DNA of 36,773 bases from Chloroflexota bacterium (GTDB lineage Bacteria > Chloroflexota > Dehalococcoidia > SM23-28-2), in assembly GCA_030691665.1 (NCBI GenBank), contig JAUYDU010000370.1, positions 1 to 36,773 on the forward strand, written 5' to 3'. This document shows, one piece after another, positions 34,587 through 36,773 of the stretch; the first letter of the stretch is position 1, and every line of letters begins with the position of its first letter. The notes below the pieces were generated by a model, which did no database searches, was not told the origin of the DNA, and worked only from the letters and a program-made list of their open reading frames with translations. The translations under genes were made by a program, and so were the position numbers.

Positions 34587-36339
34587 AGACGACGGGTTGG
34601 AGGCCCGCCACCAGCGAGATCTAGCGTCCGCCCGCAAGAAGGCTCTGGCCCTGGGCCTCGACCGCTGGCTCTACCCCTTCCAGTTCGAGGACGTGGTGCG
34701 GGCCAGCCTGAAGCAGAGCCTGCTCCTCACCTACCAGATGGGCCTGGGCAAGACGCGCGTCACCATCGCCCTGGCCCTGCTGTACGGCTGCCAGCGCAAC
34801 CTCCTCGTCGTCCCCAAGCGGCTCATGGGCGAGTGGGTGACCGAGTTCCGCGCCGTCGGCCTGGCCGACGACCTCCATGTCGTCGAGACGCTGGAGGATT
34901 CCCGGAACCTCCGGAGGTTCAATCTCGTGGCCATCACCGACCTCTGGCGGCTGCCGGACGATAGCCCCCTTCGACACGCCGGCGACGACCGCTACCGTCG
35001 GGGAGCCAACTATCGCTCGCACCTGCGGGGCGACCGCGTCGTCGAGGACATGGGCCTGCGCCACAGCCTGGCCTCGGTCCTGCGCAAGCGGTTCGGGTTC
35101 ATCGCCGTCGACGAGGCCTACTCCCTGAAGGATATGGAGGCGAACCAGACCAAGGCGGTGACCCATCTGCGGGCCAAGCACAAGGTCCTCCTCACCGGAA
35201 CGCCGGTGCGCGGCTACCCCAACAACATCCTGTCGCTGCTCAACTGGGCCTTCGGCAACGGCTCGGCCGTCTGGCCGGAGTACAGCTTCTTCGTCGAAGG
35301 GGCAGTGGAGAAGTTCCTGCGGCGCTTCGGCACCTACGTCTACTACGACGAGCAGCACCGGCGCACAGGGGACCGGGGGAAGAAGAAGCTGCTGCCCAAG
35401 ATCCGTGACCCCCAGGGCTTCCAGGAGATGCTGGCCCCCAAGATGATCCGCCGCCTGAACACGGAGCCTGAGGTGACGGCGGCGGTGCGCATCCCGGAGC
35501 CGCAGCTCCACTACGAGGCCATCGAGATGGACGACCGCCACCGCCGCGCCTACCAAGCGGTGCTGGCCGACTTCCGCGCCTGGTACGAGGCGGCGTCGGC
35601 GGAGGCCGGGGCCGAGGGGCGCACCCTCGGCCGTCAGCAGATCCTGCCCAAGCTCACCGCCCTCATCGGCTGCGCCTCCTTCCCCCAGCTTCTCGACCCT
35701 GACTGGAAGGAGCCCACGGCTAAACAGCGGCGGGCGCTCCAGATCGTCCAGGACGCCATCGGCGAGGGCCGCAAGGTCATCCTCCTCTCCCGCAACAAGG
35801 AGGGGGCGAAGTGGATGCACAGGCGCATCGAGCGGCTGGGCTGCGACCCCCTGTACGTGGACGGCGGCGTCAGCCTGGAGCTGAACCGCCGCACGTGGAC
35901 CTCGCCCCGCATCGAGCGCATCGACGCCTTTCGCCGCAGCCCCTTCCATCGGGTGCTGGTGGCCACGACGCCCTGCCTGGCCGAGGGGCTGAACCTCCCC
36001 GAGGCCAGCGTCGTCGTCTTCCTCGACTACGACTGGGTGCCCTCGGTGATGGCCCAGGCCTTCTCGCGGGTGCTGCGGCCCCAGCAGGAGCGAGACGTGC
36101 AGGTCTACTTCCTGACCTGCCGGGGGACCATCGAGGAGTACATGGAGCTGCTGTGCGACTGCAAGCGGAAGGCCATCGCCGAGGGGCTGGACTACGAGGA
36201 GTACGACTTCCGGCTGGAGGATCTGCCCGACATCAAGGCCTACGCCGAGGCCCTGGTCACCAGCTCGGAGGTGCTGGAGAGGTTCACCCGCCGCCGCTTC
36301 GTCGCCGGCTACGAACGGGAAGAGGGCCAGGGGAGTTAG
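34558..36339 (+). CDS. SNF2-family helicase/translocase
   Basis: YPFQFEDV, MGLGKT (I), LLVVPKRLMGEW (Ia), IAVDEAYSLK (II), LLTGTPVRGYPNN (III), VLVATTPCLAEGLNLPEASVVVFLDYDW (V), QAFSRVLRPQQ (VI variant). ATG with GAGGAG upstream lies 29 nt inside the methyltransferase gene. Confidence 0.85.
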   Translation: MTLSWTKLHEDDGLEARHQRDLASARKKALALGLDRWLYPFQFEDVVRASLKQSLLLTYQMGLGKTRVTIALALLYGCQRNLLVVPKRLMGEWVTEFRAVGLADDLHVVETLEDSRNLRRFNLVAITDLWRLPDDSPLRHAGDDRYRRGANYRSHLRGDRVVEDMGLRHSLASVLRKRFGFIAVDEAYSLKDMEANQTKAVTHLRAKHKVLLTGTPVRGYPNNILSLLNWAFGNGSAVWPEYSFFVEGAVEKFLRRFGTYVYYDEQHRRTGDRGKKKLLPKIRDPQGFQEMLAPKMIRRLNTEPEVTAAVRIPEPQLHYEAIEMDDRHRRAYQAVLADFRAWYEAASAEAGAEGRTLGRQQILPKLTALIGCASFPQLLDPDWKEPTAKQRRALQIVQDAIGEGRKVILLSRNKEGAKWMHRRIERLGCDPLYVDGGVSLELNRRTWTSPRIERIDAFRRSPFHRVLVATTPCLAEGLNLPEASVVVFLDYDWVPSVMAQAFSRVLRPQQERDVQVYFLTCRGTIEEYMELLCDCKRKAIAEGLDYEEYDFRLEDLPDIKAYAEALVTSSEVLERFTRRRFVAGYEREEGQGS

Positions 36340-36669
36340 CCCTGGCCCTCCTGGCCTCGGGTTGGACGGGTGGGAACGGCCTTGGGGCGGAGCGACAATT
36401 CGCCGGTCGCCACCCTTTGGACACGGCGCATGGCTCTTGACGCCTTCGGGACGTCATGCCATGATGCGGGCGCTGGCCTGGCAGACGACGAGGTACCATG
36501 AGGCGACTTGCCGGCCTGTTGCTTTTGACGCCCACTCTGGCCACTTCCGCGGATCTCACAGCCACAGCCGATACGCGCCCGAACTCTGGTCCTTTCTTCG
36601 CGCCGGCACTCTCTATTCTCTCGCTGTGAGTACATTGGATCCGGTCTGGTTTTCGGAGCCAAGCCACAT

Positions 36670-36773
36670 ATGTTTGAGAGACTGAGCCAGGATGATATTT
36701 CCGCTGCTCTCGCCGAACTGATCGCCCTTTTGGGGGTGAAGGAAGACATGCCCGTCGACGACCTCGTCGCCCT
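36670..36773 (+). CDS. 5' end of an unidentified ORF running off the window
   Basis: ATG at 36670 opens MFERLSQDDISAALAELIALLGVKEDMPVDDLVA with no stop before the window end. No motif, and only 34 codons are visible. Confidence 0.3.
   Translation, partial: MFERLSQDDISAALAELIALLGVKEDMPVDDLVA

Larger units (their letters stand above)
21213..36339 (+). mobile_element. remnant of an integrated mobile element (prophage- or ICE-like), right boundary not in window
   Basis: Integrase stub, lower-GC islet with a nuclease and broken TA genes. A co-directional, overlapping-gene module typical of mobile-element early/leading regions follows (helicase, primase, Rad52-type SSAP, RadC, TA, methyltransferase, SNF2). 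Confidence 0.55.

Noticed and set aside
27192-35949. Minus-strand ORFs 27192..28373, 29852..30613, 30420..30974, 31697..32314, 33141..34055 and 34621..35949
   Set aside because: They are antisense to the helicase, primase/Rad52-type gene, TA pair, methyltransferase and SNF2 genes, with no motifs and biased composition.
32904-36339. Calling the methyltransferase-SNF2 pair a DISARM system
   Set aside because: Only two of the five expected components are present in the window. No DUF1998, large DrmA helicase or PLD nuclease is visible. It is kept as a finding, not as a system call.
36498-36629. 43-codon ORF with a signal-peptide-like N-terminus
   Set aside because: It is too short and unsupported beyond a GAGG five nt upstream. 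It is mentioned only in the right-edge finding.

Overview
A visibly GC-rich bacterial chromosomal window. All calls come from reading the translations and the DNA by eye; no searches were run.

**Layout**
- **1-7.6 kb, minus strand.** Exported lipoproteins (two HEAT-repeat proteins, a small lipoprotein, a PQQ-like beta-propeller), small membrane proteins, a CPHC thioredoxin-fold lipoprotein, and an OmpR/HisKA two-component pair.
- **7.7-8.9 kb.** A decayed junction with an IS3-family orfA remnant and a tRNA-Lys(UUU) copy that lacks its 5' acceptor strand.
- **8.9-20.5 kb, minus strand.** A monoderm-style Tad/Flp pilus operon (cpaB-tadZ-tadA-tadB-tadC-flp-tadE-tadE-tadG-like). It is extended by two exported proteins and a 1104-aa membrane protein that fuses two LysM domains to a SARP (wHTH+BTAD) regulator. 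An EspR-like HTH gene lies divergently.
- **21.2-36.3 kb, plus strand.** The remnant of an integrated mobile element. It contains a 3' stub of a tyrosine integrase, a lower-GC islet with an Mrr-type nuclease and broken toxin-antitoxin genes, and about 1 kb of non-coding DNA ending in an intrinsic terminator. A tightly packed module follows: three or four unknown genes, a UvrD-like helicase, a CHC2-Toprim primase, a Rad52-type annealing protein, a RadC-like JAB protein, Phd-VapC, an RHH protein, an N6-adenine methyltransferase and an SNF2 helicase.

**Most interesting**
- The LysM-outside / SARP-inside membrane regulator that closes the Tad operon.
- Helically phased TTGGAC(TGG) direct-repeat arrays. 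They sit in the tadA-tadB spacer and again upstream of the non-coding RNA-like region of the mobile element.
- The translationally coupled methyltransferase-SNF2 pair.
- The uncharacterised cassette upstream of the helicase-primase module.

No rRNA genes or CRISPR arrays were seen.
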